A stretch of 64,000 nucleotides of DNA from Bacillota bacterium (GCA_030057655.1 JASGUQ010000040.1:1820-65819); one strand, 5' to 3'. Positions 9,251 to 20,051 are shown, numbered from the stretch's first letter. The notes: generated by a model not told the origin, from the sequence alone. A program made the numbers and translations.

Positions 9251-10315
9251 TTATCGAAGAAGCGAAGTGATCTTTTCACACGCGCGCCCGTCTCCAAAAG
9301 GCTGATAGGCAGGATCGATGCGCATTTCTTTGGACAAGGCGGCGATGATCCGGTCTTTGTCCGGGGCGGATAATTGGTTGCGATTGTCCACCATGGTTTC
9401 AGGCCAGCAGACGAAATCCAGCACGGACACGCACTGAACCCCGGCAAAAAAGGCCTCGCGCTGCACGCCGCCGGAATCGGTCACGACCTGTTTGGCGTGG
9501 CTGACCATGTAAATGGAGGAAAGATAACCCACCGGCTGGACAAACAGGATCTGTTTGTAGCCCTTCTCCCCCATCAGTTTGATGACATCGCCCCGGTTTC
9601 TGGGGTGCACAGGATAGACTGTGGGCGCGTCCAGGCTGTCCATGGCCTGCAGGATCTGATCCAGCTTGTTCAGGTCGTCCGTGTTCTCCTGGCGATGGCA
9701 GGTCATGTAATAGAAATCACGCGGCAGGGTCAGCGCATTCCCGTCCAGGTCAAACAGATCGTTGAGGGGGCGGTTCTCGCTGACGTCCTTGTAATAAAGG
9801 TAGGCGTCAAACATCGGGTCGCCGACCAGGTGAGCGCCGTTTTGAAGGTTTTCCTTTTTCAGTTCCTCCATCGCACTCTGGACGCAGGCAAAGCGCCAGG
9901 TGGAAACATGGTCGGTCAGGATGCGGTTGACTTCCTCCGGGTTTTTGAGCGTACCCACACGGTTGCCGGCCTCCACATGCGCCAGGGGGATCTGCAGCTT
10001 CACCGCGGCCAGGGCCGCCGCCAGGGTGGAGTTGGTGTCCCCATAGACCAAAACCTTGTCCGGCTTTTCCTTCTGCATGACCTCTTCAAGCGCGACCAGC
10101 ATCCTGGCCGTCATTACCGCGTGGCTGCCGCCCGCGATACCCAGGTTGTAATCCGGGCGCGGGATATCCAGCTCGGTAAAAAACACCTCGGACATGTTGG
10201 CGTCATAATGCTGTCCTGTATGAACAAGGACCTCCTTCTGCTCCTTCCTCAGTACCCGGGAAAGCGCGGCGGCCTTGATGAACTGCGGGCGGGCGCCCAC
10301 GACTGTCAAAATCAA
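9251..10315 (-). CDS. non-hydrolysing UDP-N-acetylglucosamine-type 2-epimerase (WecB/WbpI family)
   Basis: MILTVVGARPQFIKAAAL…HTGQHYD…DSGGVQREA, all hallmarks of the WecB family. Confidence 0.9.
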   Translation of the reverse strand: MILTVVGARPQFIKAAALSRVLRKEQKEVLVHTGQHYDANMSEVFFTELDIPRPDYNLGIAGGSHAVMTARMLVALEEVMQKEKPDKVLVYGDTNSTLAAALAAVKLQIPLAHVEAGNRVGTLKNPEEVNRILTDHVSTWRFACVQSAMEELKKENLQNGAHLVGDPMFDAYLYYKDVSENRPLNDLFDLDGNALTLPRDFYYMTCHRQENTDDLNKLDQILQAMDSLDAPTVYPVHPRNRGDVIKLMGEKGYKQILFVQPVGYLSSIYMVSHAKQVVTDSGGVQREAFFAGVQCVSVLDFVCWPETMVDNRNQLSAPDKDRIIAALSKEMRIDPAYQPFGDGRACEKITSLLR

Positions 10316-11604
10316 ACTGTTCCTCCTTCAGACGGGATCGCGCGGGTCTTGCGCGAATACCACCATAACATAAAAAAGTAGATCAGATAAACCAGGGACT
10401 TGAAAATGGATACAGCCCAGAGAAAGGACTCGATGGGATAGGACTGCCATTTGGCCAGAAGAAAAGCGGAAACAGATGCCGCAAGGAGAAGCCCTTGAAG
10501 GAGCGCGTCAGTGCGTTGCTTGCCACAGATCATGTACCCGGGAGAAACGGCAGTCGCGATGAAGCGGACGAGGAACATTGGCGTTAAAATCTTGATGTAT
10601 TCGCCGGCCACTTCCCAGCCGGGGCCAAAGGCCCAGCGGCTCAAAGGCGGGGCAAAAAAGAACATCACGATGCCCATGGGCAGGGCCACAGCCGACAAGA
10701 ACAGGGACATGCGGGTGAAGGTTCTTTTGAAGGTGCCTGTCTTGTTGTACTCGCTGGAGGCGTCCGCCATGAAGATCCTGCCCACATTGGCGCTGATCAG
10801 GGCCAGGGGCAGGCCCAAAATGCGCATGGACATGGAGTAATAGGCCAGGAGGCGGAACTCAAACAGGGCTTCAATAAAGAAAGTGATGGAAGAAAAACTG
10901 AGGCTGTTGACAAAATAGGAAGGCGCGGTGAACAGCGGATAGCGGTAGTTCTCCTTCGCGACCGCATTGACCTCCGAGGCCGGGATCGCCTTGATCTCCG
11001 GGATCTCCGGCTTGATCTCTTTTGCTTGGCGCCTGATGCCCGCTGCGTTTCCGGCCACAAAGCTGAACAGCAGCCCGGGAGCGCCCAAGCCCAGAAGGCC
11101 TGAGAGCACATTGCCCAGATTCTGGAAAACAGAGCGGTACACGCCCACAGCCGCGATGGTTTTGTAATCCTTGCGGCGGTTGTTGTATGCAGTCAGGGTC
11201 TGGATGAGGGCAACGCTCAACAGGGTCAAAAACACAAAGACCGCGATCAACAGGGCCGGGTAATTGTCCTTGGAGAAAAAGACGATGTACAGGTAGCTGC
11301 CGATGCCGATCAGAACGCTCAAGGCAATGCCCACGATCAGGGACAGTTTGATGAGGGCGCGCACCTTGCGCTCGTTTTCTTCCACCACGATGCCGTTGTT
11401 GTAAGCACCGTTGATGCCGGCCTGAAAGGTGTTGACAATGGACAGGGCAAAAGCGAAAAGCGCCAGCTCATACTCGCTCAACAGGCGGGTCAAAATCGGA
11501 GAAACCAGAACCGCCAGCAGCTGCGCGATGATGGTGCCGGTTGAAAGCATCATCAGGGAGCGGAAAAACCGGTTATTTTTCAGTTTGCGCAGAATGGCGC
11601 TCAA
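10312..11604 (-). CDS. wzx: Wzx-type oligosaccharide-unit flippase (MOP superfamily)
   Basis: Polytopic protein with about 12 or more TM helices and the N-terminal LRKLKNNRFFRSLMMLSTGTIIAQ typical of Wzx. I place the start at the TTG at 11604, which forms a TTGA overlap with the upstream stop. The track ORF extends to 11670. Confidence 0.8.
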   Translation of the reverse strand: MSAILRKLKNNRFFRSLMMLSTGTIIAQLLAVLVSPILTRLLSEYELALFAFALSIVNTFQAGINGAYNNGIVVEENERKVRALIKLSLIVGIALSVLIGIGSYLYIVFFSKDNYPALLIAVFVFLTLLSVALIQTLTAYNNRRKDYKTIAAVGVYRSVFQNLGNVLSGLLGLGAPGLLFSFVAGNAAGIRRQAKEIKPEIPEIKAIPASEVNAVAKENYRYPLFTAPSYFVNSLSFSSITFFIEALFEFRLLAYYSMSMRILGLPLALISANVGRIFMADASSEYNKTGTFKRTFTRMSLFLSAVALPMGIVMFFFAPPLSRWAFGPGWEVAGEYIKILTPMFLVRFIATAVSPGYMICGKQRTDALLQGLLLAASVSAFLLAKWQSYPIESFLWAVSIFKSLVYLIYFFMLWWYSRKTRAIPSEGGTV

Positions 11605-12155
11605 GCCTGCTCCTCCTCTTTGGGCATCAGGGTTTTTAAAAGCCTGGCTGGATTGCCCGCGATGACGCAATGCCCCGCTTGAAAACTTTTGGTCACCACA
11701 GCGCCCGCGCCGACCACCGTCCCCTCCCCCAGGGTCACGCCGGGAAGGATGACGCAGTTCATGCCGATCCAGCAGCGGTCTGAGATCACAATGTCGCTGC
11801 CGGGCAATTTAACGTCCAGATCAGCGGGATCATGGTTTTCAGTGATGAGGCCGACATTGTTGGCGATGTAGACATCTTTCCCGATATGGATGTCCGCGTT
11901 GGGATTTTGAAAGTAGCAGCCCCTGCCCATCAAGCAGTTGAGGCTGGACGGGTCAATGTGCAGCCTTTTGTGGTTCTGGATGATGTTGTATTTGGAAGAG
12001 GGCCAGGGCTGTCCGGTAAACAGCTTGCGCGGCAGGGATTTGAGCGCCCAGAGGTAGCCCGCCCGGTACTTGGTGAACCACTTGCCGGACAGCCATTTGT
12101 CCTGATAAAACAGGCGCAGGAAAACGCGAAGGGCACGCAAAAGCAGGGTTTTCAT
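11601..12155 (-). CDS. hexapeptide-repeat O-acetyltransferase (WcaF/maltose acetyltransferase-like)
   Basis: The C-terminal half, IGKDVYIANNVGLITENHD…ISDRCWIGMNCVILPGVTLGEGTVVGAGAVVTKSF, is a classic LbH acetyltransferase core. Confidence 0.8.
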   Translation of the reverse strand: MKTLLLRALRVFLRLFYQDKWLSGKWFTKYRAGYLWALKSLPRKLFTGQPWPSSKYNIIQNHKRLHIDPSSLNCLMGRGCYFQNPNADIHIGKDVYIANNVGLITENHDPADLDVKLPGSDIVISDRCWIGMNCVILPGVTLGEGTVVGAGAVVTKSFQAGHCVIAGNPARLLKTLMPKEEEQA

Positions 12156-13474
12156 GGCTTCTCACCCCCGGCGGTGCGCAGCATCTTTTCGGCGATCCGT
12201 TCATAGGAATACTGCTGCTTTTCCTCTTCGATCAAGGTGCTTTTGACATGGCCTGAAGATTGTTTTTCAAGGTAACGCTCATGAAGCCAGCCGTACAGCG
12301 CGGGGAAATCCGCATCATGGTCCGCTTCCTCGTACACAAAGCCCGCTTTCACGGTCTCCATCATGCGGCCAAGCTCGCTCCCGCTCAAATCCCCGTTGAT
12401 GAGGGTAAGGACAGGCCGGGAGAGCATCAGGGTCTCAAAGGCCTTTCCGGTTAAAATGCCCTGGTCCTGCTTGGTGTTGTGGGAGCAGATGACCAGGATG
12501 TCTGAAGACTGTTGCATAAAAAGCGCGGTCTGGCGATCCACCCGGCCGAGGCTGACAATGATGTCTTCCAGGCCGAACGGCCGGGCAAACCCCCTTAAAA
12601 TTTCAAGGTCGCTGCCCGCGAAGCGGAAGACCAGATCCTCTTTTTTGAAGACGCCTTTCTGGATCAGCGCGCCCAGGGCGGAAAACAGCGCGCTCAGGTC
12701 GCGCTTGCCGCCGTACAGCCCGCCGGCATAGGCGAAGATCAGCTGATCCTTTTCGCCCGCAAAAGAAAGGCTTGTCTTTGGTTTATCATCAAGCGCGGAC
12801 AGGTCCGAGGGATCAAAGCCGTTTGAAACCCAGTGCAGAACGCCCCTTTCATCAGCAAGCGGGAACTTCTGCATGATATCCCCTGCCACAACCGTGACAG
12901 CATCGGCCCTCTTTTCTACCCGGCGCTGCAAAAACCGGTTGATCAAGCGCTGAAATCCCGGCTGCCATTCATAGACCATAGGGTCACGGAAGTCCGCGAC
13001 CCACCTTTTCGCCAAGCCATTTTTGCGGGCATAGGCAGCGACCCAGTGGGTGGCCACATTGGGATAACTGGAAATGACGGCGTCAAACCCGTCTTTTTTA
13101 AACCGCTGTTTTAAAACAGACTTTGCCCTGTTTGCCCAGAGCATGTCGGACAAGGTGGTGTAGGCGAAGCGCAGAAAGAGTTTAAATCCCTTTCCCTGCG
13201 GAGTTTGCATAGCCGGAACAGCCGCCTTGCTGTCCTTATAGCGCTGCCTGATCTTGCCATAAGCGCTGCCATAGGAGACCAGAACCCGGTCCACCTGATC
13301 CATCTCGCCGCCTTTTAACAGAGGGTCCTGCGGCTCATTTTCAGGAACAGGCGGCATCAGGACGGTGACCTGATGGCCTTGGCGGATCAGGTACTTGGCT
13401 ATTTTGGAAGGGCGGATGCTTCCAATGACGTTTTTGGGCGCGAAGGCCGTGACGACAAACAAGATCTTACTCAT
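12152..13474 (-). CDS. GT-B fold glycosyltransferase (GT4-like)
   Basis: The N-terminus MSKILFVVTAFAPKNVIGSIRPSKIAKYL and a C-terminal nucleotide-sugar-binding half (…ILVICSHNTKQDQGILTGKAFETLMLSRPVL). Confidence 0.75.
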   Translation of the reverse strand: MSKILFVVTAFAPKNVIGSIRPSKIAKYLIRQGHQVTVLMPPVPENEPQDPLLKGGEMDQVDRVLVSYGSAYGKIRQRYKDSKAAVPAMQTPQGKGFKLFLRFAYTTLSDMLWANRAKSVLKQRFKKDGFDAVISSYPNVATHWVAAYARKNGLAKRWVADFRDPMVYEWQPGFQRLINRFLQRRVEKRADAVTVVAGDIMQKFPLADERGVLHWVSNGFDPSDLSALDDKPKTSLSFAGEKDQLIFAYAGGLYGGKRDLSALFSALGALIQKGVFKKEDLVFRFAGSDLEILRGFARPFGLEDIIVSLGRVDRQTALFMQQSSDILVICSHNTKQDQGILTGKAFETLMLSRPVLTLINGDLSGSELGRMMETVKAGFVYEEADHDADFPALYGWLHERYLEKQSSGHVKSTLIEEEKQQYSYERIAEKMLRTAGGEKP

Positions 13475-14708
13475 ACAGCAAGCCCTCCGGCGACCAGGCC
13501 CTTGAAAGCCGGCGTTCCTTGAACCGGAGTCCTTCCTGGATCGGTATTTTTTCCGCCATTGCCATCATTATGACCGACAAGACCCAATAAGGCAAACGCC
13601 TCATGCCAAAGCCGGCAAAACCATAGACATAGTAAGCAAAGGGCAAAATCAGCAGGAAGGGATCATGCCAGAGTTTTTTGATCATGCGATAGGTGAACAA
13701 AACGAAAATAATCACACCGATCAGGCCGGACATGCCGATGATCTCCAGATAGGTGTTGTGAAACTCGGATATGCCGTCATTGGAATGGGTCCCGTCCCCC
13801 AGGCCGAAAAGAAAGTTTTTGCGCAGAGGATCCAGAACATAGGCGAACAGCTGGAAGCGGTGCAGACCGTTGGGGTCCTTGGCAACCCAGTTATAGAATT
13901 TCTGATAAAGCTGCGTGAAAGCCACCATCACCACCAGCAGGGAAAAACCGGCGAGCAGGATCACAGTGATCTGACGGTTCCTGACGCTCCGCTTCAACAG
14001 CAGGAAAAGGAGCACAGCGCCCACCGCGTAAGCCGCTGCCATCGCCATCCAAGCGGTGGTTGAGCGGGTCAGGAAGAGATAATACAGGTGAGCAAGCATG
14101 CAGGCGGCGTGCAGCAGTTTTTTGGGCAGGCTTAATTTGACGCGGCAGAGGAAATAAAAGGAAACAAACATCATTCCCAGAGATAAGATCGCCATCTGAT
14201 GGGGATTGCGGCCGCCGCCGGTGTAGCGCACACGGGCGTACCACAGCCTGGCCCCGAAAAAGTAAGGTGACACCACACGGCTGTATACCAGAAGAAACAG
14301 ATACCAGACCGCGGAAAGAACCACCACGGTTTCAAGGATGCTGAGGATGCCCCTTAAAGAATGCTTTTTCATGCCGGCGTAGACGCCCAGGGAAATATAC
14401 AGCATGAAAAACCAGGTGAACAGGCCGTCAACCCCAGAGGACTCCCTTGGATAAAAAATGAGGCAATACAGCATGCCCGCGGTGACGGTCAGATAAAACA
14501 GGAGCCAGAAACGGATGAGGTAGTTCTTGAGCCCGCCTTCAAAAAAGCCGCGGATGTACTTGGTGCTCCAGAGCATGCACAGAAGTTCGCTGGGGCCGAT
14601 TTTCCAAACGCGCAGCTCGGTCATGGGCGCCAAAACAAGGCCCAGAATGAGAAGATAGTCAAACAGAGCGATGCCGTTTCGGCGGACAACTTTAAAACTC
14701 GACATCAT
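13467..14708 (-). CDS. wzy: Wzy-type polymerase / O-antigen-ligase-domain membrane protein
   Basis: About 10 or more TM helices, with the loop motif GLGDGTHSNDGISEFHNTYLEIIGMSGLIG (Wzy_C-like). Confidence 0.8.
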   Translation of the reverse strand: MMSSFKVVRRNGIALFDYLLILGLVLAPMTELRVWKIGPSELLCMLWSTKYIRGFFEGGLKNYLIRFWLLFYLTVTAGMLYCLIFYPRESSGVDGLFTWFFMLYISLGVYAGMKKHSLRGILSILETVVVLSAVWYLFLLVYSRVVSPYFFGARLWYARVRYTGGGRNPHQMAILSLGMMFVSFYFLCRVKLSLPKKLLHAACMLAHLYYLFLTRSTTAWMAMAAAYAVGAVLLFLLLKRSVRNRQITVILLAGFSLLVVMVAFTQLYQKFYNWVAKDPNGLHRFQLFAYVLDPLRKNFLFGLGDGTHSNDGISEFHNTYLEIIGMSGLIGVIIFVLFTYRMIKKLWHDPFLLILPFAYYVYGFAGFGMRRLPYWVLSVIMMAMAEKIPIQEGLRFKERRLSRAWSPEGLLYE

Positions 14709-16056
14709 TTTTAATCATCCTGAATTTACCGCTTCCTTCCCGTGGGATCTCATCGACATGCCGGATTTCGACCTTGAGATCCGGGCCGAACTTGTGCAAA
14801 AACTCACTCCTGAGCAGGTCGTCATAGGTTTCGTTGTACAGCGCTTTGTCAACCTCTAAAAGCACCGTGACCTTGTCCATGACGCTCTGCTGAAACTGAG
14901 CCCTGATGACGGAATTCGGCATGTTCTTGAGCAAGTTTGAAACATTGCCGGCATTGACTTTGGCGCCTTCGGGCGTGTACAGAAAGTCCAGCCGGCGTCC
15001 CCTGATCTCTTCCACCATGGGCGCCTGCATGCCGCAGGGGCAGGCCTGCCCTTCCGGAGAAAAGACCATGCTGTCCCCGATGCGGTAGCGGATCAGGGGC
15101 GTGGCGTAAGTAGTGAAGCTGGTGACCAGCACCTCATCCCCTTCGCCAAAATGCTCAAAAACGCCGCTGGCCAGGTCCATGTGAAGGCGCTGGTGCGGGC
15201 AATCCGTCACAAAAGGCGCGCCTTCGCTTGAAGCGTACTGATCATAGACCTTGCAGGAGAAAATCTCCTCAAGCAGCGCGCGCCCGGAAGGGGTGAGGGT
15301 CTCCGAAGTCGGGAAAATGGCCTTCAACTGAAAGCCCGGCTGGATGCCTTTGCGCTTCATGTAGTTGGCCAGATCCAGCATGCAGGTGAAGAAGCCATCC
15401 AGGGCGTCCGGCTTGAAGCGGTTGAGGCTGTCCAGATAATAAGGAATGTTCTCCTCCGTTAAAAAGAAGGAGGAGTAGATCATCTGCTTGCAGGCGCGGT
15501 TGTAGCGCCAGAAGACCTTGCTTTTTTGCCCGGGGGGCACAATGTGCTTGCCATTAAAGGTCGCGCGCTTCATCTGGAGGTGCTCAAACCCCACGCGGGA
15601 CTTGAAGTGATCCAGGGTCGCCATGCGGCGCATGCTGTCCTCAATCCGGTGGCGGACGACCAGGGACTTGCCGGTGGTGCCGCCGGTATGCTCCTCTACG
15701 GTGTTTGCCTTGTCCGTAATGACATCCTCGATGTTCTTGCGGAGCATCTCTTTATCCACAATTGGCAGTTTCTTTAAATCCTCTACGGTTTTAAAGGACG
15801 CTAAGTCAACGCCGGCATAGAGCTCGCGATAAAACCTGCTGTTTTTAACCGCGTAATTAAGCAGTTTCATCAGTTCGCTGAACTGGTAATCCTGCTGCTT
15901 TTGAAGCGGCCAGGTGTCAAAATCCTTCAAAAAGGCGCGGTAATCATGATAAACCTGGCCGTAGCGGGTGCTGTTTTTCTGATAGCCCGCGACAGAGGTC
16001 ATGAGATTCTGCCAGAAGATCGGCGAATGCTCATACACCTTCTCCAAAAAACTCAT
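14692..16056 (-). CDS. CapK-like adenylate-forming enzyme (phenylacetate-CoA ligase / F390 synthetase family)
   Basis: AMP-binding P-loop HTGGTTGKSLVV, a core of PaaK-like size, and a C-terminal …REGSGKFRMIKN lysine motif. Confidence 0.8.
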   Translation of the reverse strand: MSFLEKVYEHSPIFWQNLMTSVAGYQKNSTRYGQVYHDYRAFLKDFDTWPLQKQQDYQFSELMKLLNYAVKNSRFYRELYAGVDLASFKTVEDLKKLPIVDKEMLRKNIEDVITDKANTVEEHTGGTTGKSLVVRHRIEDSMRRMATLDHFKSRVGFEHLQMKRATFNGKHIVPPGQKSKVFWRYNRACKQMIYSSFFLTEENIPYYLDSLNRFKPDALDGFFTCMLDLANYMKRKGIQPGFQLKAIFPTSETLTPSGRALLEEIFSCKVYDQYASSEGAPFVTDCPHQRLHMDLASGVFEHFGEGDEVLVTSFTTYATPLIRYRIGDSMVFSPEGQACPCGMQAPMVEEIRGRRLDFLYTPEGAKVNAGNVSNLLKNMPNSVIRAQFQQSVMDKVTVLLEVDKALYNETYDDLLRSEFLHKFGPDLKVEIRHVDEIPREGSGKFRMIKNDVEF

Positions 16057-17033
16057 TTCATCAGCCCCTTGTAATAACTGATCGCGGCGATGAGGCCGCG
16101 CTCAAAATCCCACTCCGGTTCATAGCCCAAAAGCGTCCTGGCCTTGGTGATATCCGCGTTGCTGTGCTTGATGTCGCCCTTGCGGTCAGGGCCGTAATGG
16201 GGCTTGATGTGTTCCTTGCCCAGCAGCTTCGCGATCTTATGATAGATGTCTTCCAGCTTTTCACGCCCGCCGTAGGCAATGTTGAAAGCCTGGCCGGAAG
16301 CCTCTTCAGGAGCCAGGCAGGCCTTGAAATTGGCCTCCAGAACGTTGTCGATGTAGGTAAAGTCCCGGCTCTGCTCGCCGTCGCCGTTGATGGTGGGCGC
16401 CTGATCTTTGAGAAGAAGGCTGACAAACTTGGGGATGACCGCGGCATAAGCGCCGTTTGGGTCCTGCCTTCTGCCAAAGACATTGAAGTACCTGAGCCCA
16501 ATGGTCGGAAGGCCGTAAAGCTTGGTGTACAGCGCGGCATACTGCTCGTTGACATGTTTGGTCAGCGCGTAAGGGGACAGCAGGCGCCCTTCCCGGCCCT
16601 CGGTTTTGGGCAGGGTGGGTTCATCCCCGTAGACAGAGGAACTGGAGGCGTAGACAAATTTTTTGACCTTGTTTTGCCTGGCGGCTTCCAGCATGTTCAG
16701 GGTGCCCTTGATGTTGACCTCTTCATAGAACAAGGGCATCTCGATGCTGCGCGGCACGCTGCCCCAGGCGGCCTGGTGCAGCACATAATCCACGCCCTCG
16801 CAGGCTTTCATGCATTCTTCCAGGTTTCTGATGTCGTATTTCAGCAGGGTGAACAGCGGGTTTGACAGAAAAGGCGCGATGTTGTCGCGGCTGCCGGTGG
16901 AGAAATTGTCCAGGCAGCGCACTTGAAAGCCGCGCTCAAGCAGCGCCTCAACCAGGTTTGAGCCGATGAAGCCCGCGCCCCCCGTGACCAGAAAGGTGCT
17001 GCCCTTTTCAAAGGGCACATCCTGATAACCCAT
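16053..17033 (-). CDS. SDR-family NAD-dependent nucleotide-sugar epimerase, TviC/WbpP-like
   Basis: FLVTGGAGFIGSNL plus the SPYALTK YxxxK catalytic motif. Its start overlaps the stop of the dehydrogenase gene. Confidence 0.85.
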   Translation of the reverse strand: MGYQDVPFEKGSTFLVTGGAGFIGSNLVEALLERGFQVRCLDNFSTGSRDNIAPFLSNPLFTLLKYDIRNLEECMKACEGVDYVLHQAAWGSVPRSIEMPLFYEEVNIKGTLNMLEAARQNKVKKFVYASSSSVYGDEPTLPKTEGREGRLLSPYALTKHVNEQYAALYTKLYGLPTIGLRYFNVFGRRQDPNGAYAAVIPKFVSLLLKDQAPTINGDGEQSRDFTYIDNVLEANFKACLAPEEASGQAFNIAYGGREKLEDIYHKIAKLLGKEHIKPHYGPDRKGDIKHSNADITKARTLLGYEPEWDFERGLIAAISYYKGLMK

Positions 17034-18346
17034 TACAGCCTCCAGTAGAGATAACCGGCCTGCTCAAAGGCGTCCCTGTCCAGCAGGCCTTTCAGGTCCA
17101 GCAGCACTTTGTTGCCGGAATTGTAGAAACGGTTCATCCGCTCAAGCGTTAAGGACTTGAACTCATCATGGGCGACCGCCAGAACAATGGCGTCCATGCC
17201 GGAGATCTGATCCATGTCCACAAACTCGATCCCATACTCGCGCATGGCTTCCTCGCTGTCCGCCTGGGGGTCCGCGATCAGGGCGGTGATGCCGTATTCC
17301 TTGAGCTCGTTGTAGACATCAATAATGCGGGTGTTGCGGGTGTCGGGGCAGTTTTCCTTGAAGGTAAAGCCCAGAATGGCCACCTTGGCGCCCTTGACAT
17401 GGCGGTCGGAACGGATGAGGCACTTGACCAGGTTTTCAGCGACATACTTGCCCATGTCGTCATTGATGCGGCGGCCTGACAGGATGATCTGGCTGTGGTA
17501 GCCCACCTGTTCCGCCTTGTAGGTCAGGTAATAGGGGTCAACGCCGATGCAGTGCCCGCCGACCAGGCCCGGGTAGAACTTGAGGAAGTTCCACTTGGTG
17601 CCGGCTGCTTCCAAGACGGACTTGGTGTCAATGCCCAGCTTGTTAAAGATGATGGACAGTTCGTTCATAAAGGCGATGTTGATGTCCCGCTGGCTGTTCT
17701 CAATGACCTTGGCCGCTTCCGCGACCTTGATGGACTTGGCGCGGTACACGCCCGCGTCCACAACCAGTTCATATACCCTGGCAACTATATCCAAGGTTTC
17801 CTCGTCCATGCCGGACACGACCTTGATGATGGTCTCCAGGCGGTGCACCTTGTCGCCGGGGTTGATGCGCTCAGGCGAGTAGCCGATTTTAAAATCCACG
17901 CCGCATTTGAGGCCCGATTCCTCCTCAAGAATGGGAATGCAGATGTCTTCCGTCACACCGGGATAGACCGTGGACTCGTAGACCACAACGGAGCCCGGGG
18001 TCAACTGCTGCCCCAGCGTGCGGCTGGCGCTGATGACCGGGGACAGATCCGGGGTATGGTCATCGCGGACAGGGGTGGGCACAGCCACGATATGAAACTT
18101 GGCCTTACGAAGATCCGCCGCGTCAGAGGTAAAATGAACGGTGGTGTTTTTGATCACCTCATCCCCCACCTCGCGGGTCGGGTCAACGCCGCTTTTGTAC
18201 AGATCGATCTTGTGCGGGCTGATGACAAAGCCAATGACGTCGACCTTTTTGGCAAAAGCGACCGCTATGGGCATGCCGACATAACCCAGACCCACGAGGG
18301 ACAGTTTTTCTTCCCTGGCGACCAGTTTTTCGTAAAGTTTCTTCAT
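17033..18346 (-). CDS. UDP-N-acetyl-hexosamine 6-dehydrogenase (TviB/WbpA/WbpO family)
   Basis: [16 protein letters not shown] Rossmann segment, catalytic-Cys motif [11 protein letters not shown], and a C-terminal UDP-binding domain. Confidence 0.9.
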   Translation of the reverse strand: MKKLYEKLVAREEKLSLVGLGYVGMPIAVAFAKKVDVIGFVISPHKIDLYKSGVDPTREVGDEVIKNTTVHFTSDAADLRKAKFHIVAVPTPVRDDHTPDLSPVISASRTLGQQLTPGSVVVYESTVYPGVTEDICIPILEEESGLKCGVDFKIGYSPERINPGDKVHRLETIIKVVSGMDEETLDIVARVYELVVDAGVYRAKSIKVAEAAKVIENSQRDINIAFMNELSIIFNKLGIDTKSVLEAAGTKWNFLKFYPGLVGGHCIGVDPYYLTYKAEQVGYHSQIILSGRRINDDMGKYVAENLVKCLIRSDRHVKGAKVAILGFTFKENCPDTRNTRIIDVYNELKEYGITALIADPQADSEEAMREYGIEFVDMDQISGMDAIVLAVAHDEFKSLTLERMNRFYNSGNKVLLDLKGLLDRDAFEQAGYLYWRL

Positions 18347-19437
18347 GGTGTGTTTGTTTCCTCCTGTATCGTTGCGATTTCCTCAAGGTAGGCTTTGATA
18401 ATGATGTTCCTGTCAAAGGAACGCTCCACTTTTTCCCGGCCGTTTTTGCCCATTTGCGCTCTCTCGCGGTTGGTGAGCAGGGTGAAACGCTTCATAGCGG
18501 AAAGCAGGCTGCCCGCGTCCATGGGTTCGCAGCCAAAGCCGCTGACGCCTTCGTCAAAGGTTTCCGCGCAGCCGGGAATCCGGCTGGCAATGACCGGGCG
18601 GCCTGTGGAAGCGGCTTCCAGAAGCACATTGGCCATGCCTTCGTGATAGGAAGGCAGAACCAGGCAGTGGCAGGCCTTGATCTGCTCATGGATGTCGCTT
18701 CTGAACCCAAGAAAAGTGATTCCATCGGCGTCCTGCAAGCGGCCTGCGTAATCCTCCTCCGCCTCGCCAATCAGCGTGAGGGAAGCGTTGACCCCGCTCC
18801 CCCTGAGCGCTTTCATCGCGTCAAGCAGTTCCCCAACACCCTTGTTTTTGGTGATCCTGCCGATAAAGAGAAAGCGAAGGCCGTTTTCCTCAGCCGGATA
18901 AGGCTCAAAAGGATGATCCTCCAGGTTGACGCCGGAGCCAGGAATCAGCCGGGTCTTGCCCTGGATGACCTGGGTGGAGGTCAAAGCGTTCAGGTTGTGC
19001 TCATTCTGGAAAAACACACAGCGTGCTTTCTTCAGGCCGATCCTGTGCAGGGTGAGCACGATGTTTTTAAGCAGGCCTCCCTTTTCCACCGCCGTGCCAA
19101 GCCCGGTGATGTTGGCGATCTGCGGGACGCGCCGCAGGCGGCAGGCCAGCCCGCCATACACATTGGGCTTGACAGTATATGTTAGCACAACCTGGGGCTT
19201 AAAGTCAGCCAGGTGCCTGAAATAATGCAAAAAAAGCAAAAAATCGCTGAAAGGGTTCATGCCGCGGCGTTCAAGCGGGATGTCAGCGACCTGACAGCCC
19301 AAAGAAACAAAGTGTTCCGAATACCTTCCTTCGGGCATCACGATCAGAACTTGATGGACGGCAGCCAGTTTTTGAACCAACTCCCTCCGGAAGCGGTAAA
19401 GGCCGACATCGTTGTTGGCAAAAATCGCGATCCTCAT
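18343..19437 (-). CDS. GT4 glycosyltransferase
   Basis: [36 protein letters not shown], an EX7E-type motif. Confidence 0.85.
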   Translation of the reverse strand: MRIAIFANNDVGLYRFRRELVQKLAAVHQVLIVMPEGRYSEHFVSLGCQVADIPLERRGMNPFSDFLLFLHYFRHLADFKPQVVLTYTVKPNVYGGLACRLRRVPQIANITGLGTAVEKGGLLKNIVLTLHRIGLKKARCVFFQNEHNLNALTSTQVIQGKTRLIPGSGVNLEDHPFEPYPAEENGLRFLFIGRITKNKGVGELLDAMKALRGSGVNASLTLIGEAEEDYAGRLQDADGITFLGFRSDIHEQIKACHCLVLPSYHEGMANVLLEAASTGRPVIASRIPGCAETFDEGVSGFGCEPMDAGSLLSAMKRFTLLTNRERAQMGKNGREKVERSFDRNIIIKAYLEEIATIQEETNTP

Positions 19438-20051
19438 CTGTCAGCCGCCTTGAAGGAGACCGGAACGCCCACATAGGTTCCTGGCTTGTCCAGGTTTTTA
19501 ATGACAACGCCGCCAGCGCCGATGACGCACCAGGGGCAAATTGTGACATCGTTGATAACAGCTCCGCCGATCCCTATCCAGGTGCCCTTGCCCAAAGTGA
19601 CATTGCCCGCCAGGCGCGCGCCCGGGGACACGTGGACAAAATCCGAAAGCGCGCAGTCGTGATCCACGGAGGCGGAGGTGTTGATGACGCAGTGGCTGCC
19701 GATCACAGCGCCTACATTGACGACAGCGCCGGCCATCACCGCGCTGCCCTCCCCGAGAACGGCGCCGGGGGCGATCACAGCGCTTTTGTGAACAGCCGTC
19801 GCAAAGCGCAAAACTCCTTTAAAGCGCTCAGCGATCTCCATTCTGGTTTTGTTGTCGCCAATGCCGATGATGAATTCTGCGCTGTCCTTAAACCGCGGGG
19901 CGTCCTCAACCTTGCCCAGCACATTTGTATCAGGCCCGCAGGTGGCATGGTCATCCAGAAAGCCCGGCACCTCGCGCCCCGAGCTTCTTAAAATGTCCGC
20001 AATCACGCGGCCATGGCCGCCAGCGCCGATGATGATTACTTTTTCAGGCAT
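19434..20051 (-). CDS. NeuD/PglD-family sugar N-acetyltransferase
   Basis: VIIIGAGGHGRVIADIL N-terminal domain followed by hexapeptide repeats. Confidence 0.85.
   Translation of the reverse strand: MPEKVIIIGAGGHGRVIADILRSSGREVPGFLDDHATCGPDTNVLGKVEDAPRFKDSAEFIIGIGDNKTRMEIAERFKGVLRFATAVHKSAVIAPGAVLGEGSAVMAGAVVNVGAVIGSHCVINTSASVDHDCALSDFVHVSPGARLAGNVTLGKGTWIGIGGAVINDVTICPWCVIGAGGVVIKNLDKPGTYVGVPVSFKAADR

Noticed and set aside
9374-10381. 335-aa plus-strand ORF opposite the 2-epimerase gene. The same class of ORF occurs at 16164..16865, 17495..18391, 18454..19185 and 24493..25497.
   Set aside because: All lie antisense to genes with unambiguous family motifs. All have the skewed composition typical of reverse-frame translation of GC3-rich genes. 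None has an RBS or a recognisable domain.
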